Assembly (NCBI GenBank): GCA_013115125.1
Contig: JABANN010000134.1
Location: 1 to 63,681 of the forward strand
Direction: 5' to 3'
Length of the DNA stretch: 63,681 nt
Source: Perkinsus olseni
Lineage: Eukaryota
Shown piece after piece: positions 62,101 through 63,681 of the stretch (position 1 is its first letter; each line of letters opens with the position of its first letter). A model generated the notes under the pieces. The model did not search any database. It saw nothing but the letters and a program-made list of their open reading frames with translations, and was not told the DNA's origin. The translations under genes were made by a program, and so were the position numbers.

Positions 62101-63131
62101 TTACGGTGGCCGAGAGTGACTGACTGGTGACAAGGCCCGTAGGATAGCCCGGAGCCTGTAGCTGGGCCGCAATTGGTTGAAAACGTTGGGAAGCATTCAA
62201 GTCCATTAGAAACTGTGAGAAATGAGCAGGCTAATCGTAGGATGCGTCATCACCGCTCCATCATCTAGAGAGGAGCCGAGTTTGCCAAGCGGTGTAATAA
62301 CGGTGCGACTCGCGCCGCGCAAGTAAGAGTGTTACTGCAGGACCCAGACGCCGGGCCCCCGACGCGACACTTGCCATAAGTGACTCTGCAGAAGGCTTCC
62401 GTGAGATGTGATTCGATCACCACTACCAGTTCCAAATTAGCAATTTGCCAGCATTATCGGGAGGCGTTCGCGACAAACCGCACGTTCGCTTGAACTCTCG
62501 GCAAATCTTGCCGAGAGCAGGGTTTCGAGCGGGGTTTCGAGCGGGCATTTCCGACGGGAGCAGCGACGGTCGCAGTGCGACCAGCGAGCCTCCTCAATGC
62601 TAAGTTAGCATCACTGACATCTCTTCAACCTTAGTGATATCAGATTTCATTTGTGCACGTCATGATGCCTCTCTACATCGTCCTGACTGCTTTCCTTCGC
62701 TGCACGGCAGACGGCGAGAGCGTGGTATTCAGCCCGTCTGGCATAGCGGCCAATGGCCGCTATGTTACTCCCCTCAAGTTGATCCCCTCAAGCTCAGCGA
62801 GATTGAATGTAGGGGGCTGAGTGGTCTGGATAGTCGCGGGATACTCGCCCTCGGCTTCATTGAGCTCGTCCAGAGTTTTATCCAGATTCATGGCCGCCAG
62901 TGTTCACTCTAAAAGTCCGTCGGGTACCCGCGGCTCCGCCGCGGCCTCCCTCCCCTCCGCGATGCTCAGTACCGCATCACTAAGATTTCCGATGGCGGAG
63001 AAATTCGCGCGCCCACGGTTTCGTTCCTTAGCTCGGGATAACCCTGTTGAGTTGAATCAATGTGACTGCAAAGGACTTAACTGAATACTTTAAATTTTAT
63101 CGCAGGCTTTCTTTCCCCGGATATCGCACTA

Positions 63132-63548
63132 ATGCCGTGTGTGAGTTCTTACAAAGGCCAGTATTCTTGGCTCCGCATACGTAAAGTCGATGGTGGCTAT
63201 GAATATTGCTGCGGCGAGTGCATGGACCATCGGGCCAGTGGCAAGTGGTCTGACTGGAGAAGATGCCAACCTCTCAAATTCAAGAAGTCTGACTTGGACG
63301 ATCATCAAAAATCCATTGATTCGAAATCGAAGCACCGATTCGGAGCACTTCCGGTTGATATCGCTTTCAAAAAGATAGCCGAGAAACAAAAGGTGACAGA
63401 GGCGGACAGGCTCGCATCCGAATTGGCTTTGGTGGCCCCACTCGCCGATTTGGCCATGACCCTCGCCATTGAGGAAGTGCCAATTCTTAAGACGGAGTGC
63501 ATGCTGCAGTGGGCGGAGAGACACGGTTTGGAGGTGAGTAATCCGTGA
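63132..63548 (+). mobile_element. N-terminus of a putative hAT-type transposase (TTF-like zinc finger)
   Basis: YSWL...YCCGEC...W..W....FKKSDLDDHQKS...KH pattern. Probable donor site at about 63534; the rest lies outside the window. Confidence 0.45.
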
Positions 63549-63681
63549 TTGGCGGGTCTCCAGCGTTTCGTAAACTCAGGTTACGAAACACTGGAGATCT
63601 CTCAATTGCGGGTGGGAATTTGTCAAGGTGGCTCATGCGATCCAGGTGGCCCAGCTAAAAAACTTGGTCGCGGGCACCAAG

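Overview
Eukaryotic, gene-dense genomic DNA with many short (about 40-70 nt) GT-AG introns. The gene content (axonemal dynein intermediate chain, plant-type TPK channel, compact multi-exon genes) suggests an alveolate protist, probably Perkinsus; this is an inference. Layout: (1) 1-13.9 kb is accessory DNA with decayed element fragments and two intronless, probably GPI-anchored carboxylesterases, one intact and one disrupted. (2) 13.9-16.3 kb is a two-pore K+ channel with an EF-hand. (3) 16.4-30.5 kb is an array of eight paralogous BAR-like coiled-coil genes, including a head-to-head pair diverging from one CATG palindrome. (4) 30.6-59.3 kb holds housekeeping genes: ANP32-like, a ligase-less Trl1-type kinase-CPDase, RluA-type pseudouridine synthase, DNAI1, ALKBH4, a type-I membrane protein, an FRG1-like gene, VPS29, a Derlin carrying a MITE, CCDC25, RPN11, a nitronate monooxygenase with a PTS1, and DRG1 directly followed by its partner DFRP1/ZC3H15. 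(5) 59.4-63.7 kb is decayed element DNA again. All gene models were spliced by eye, so multi-exon ends are approximate.
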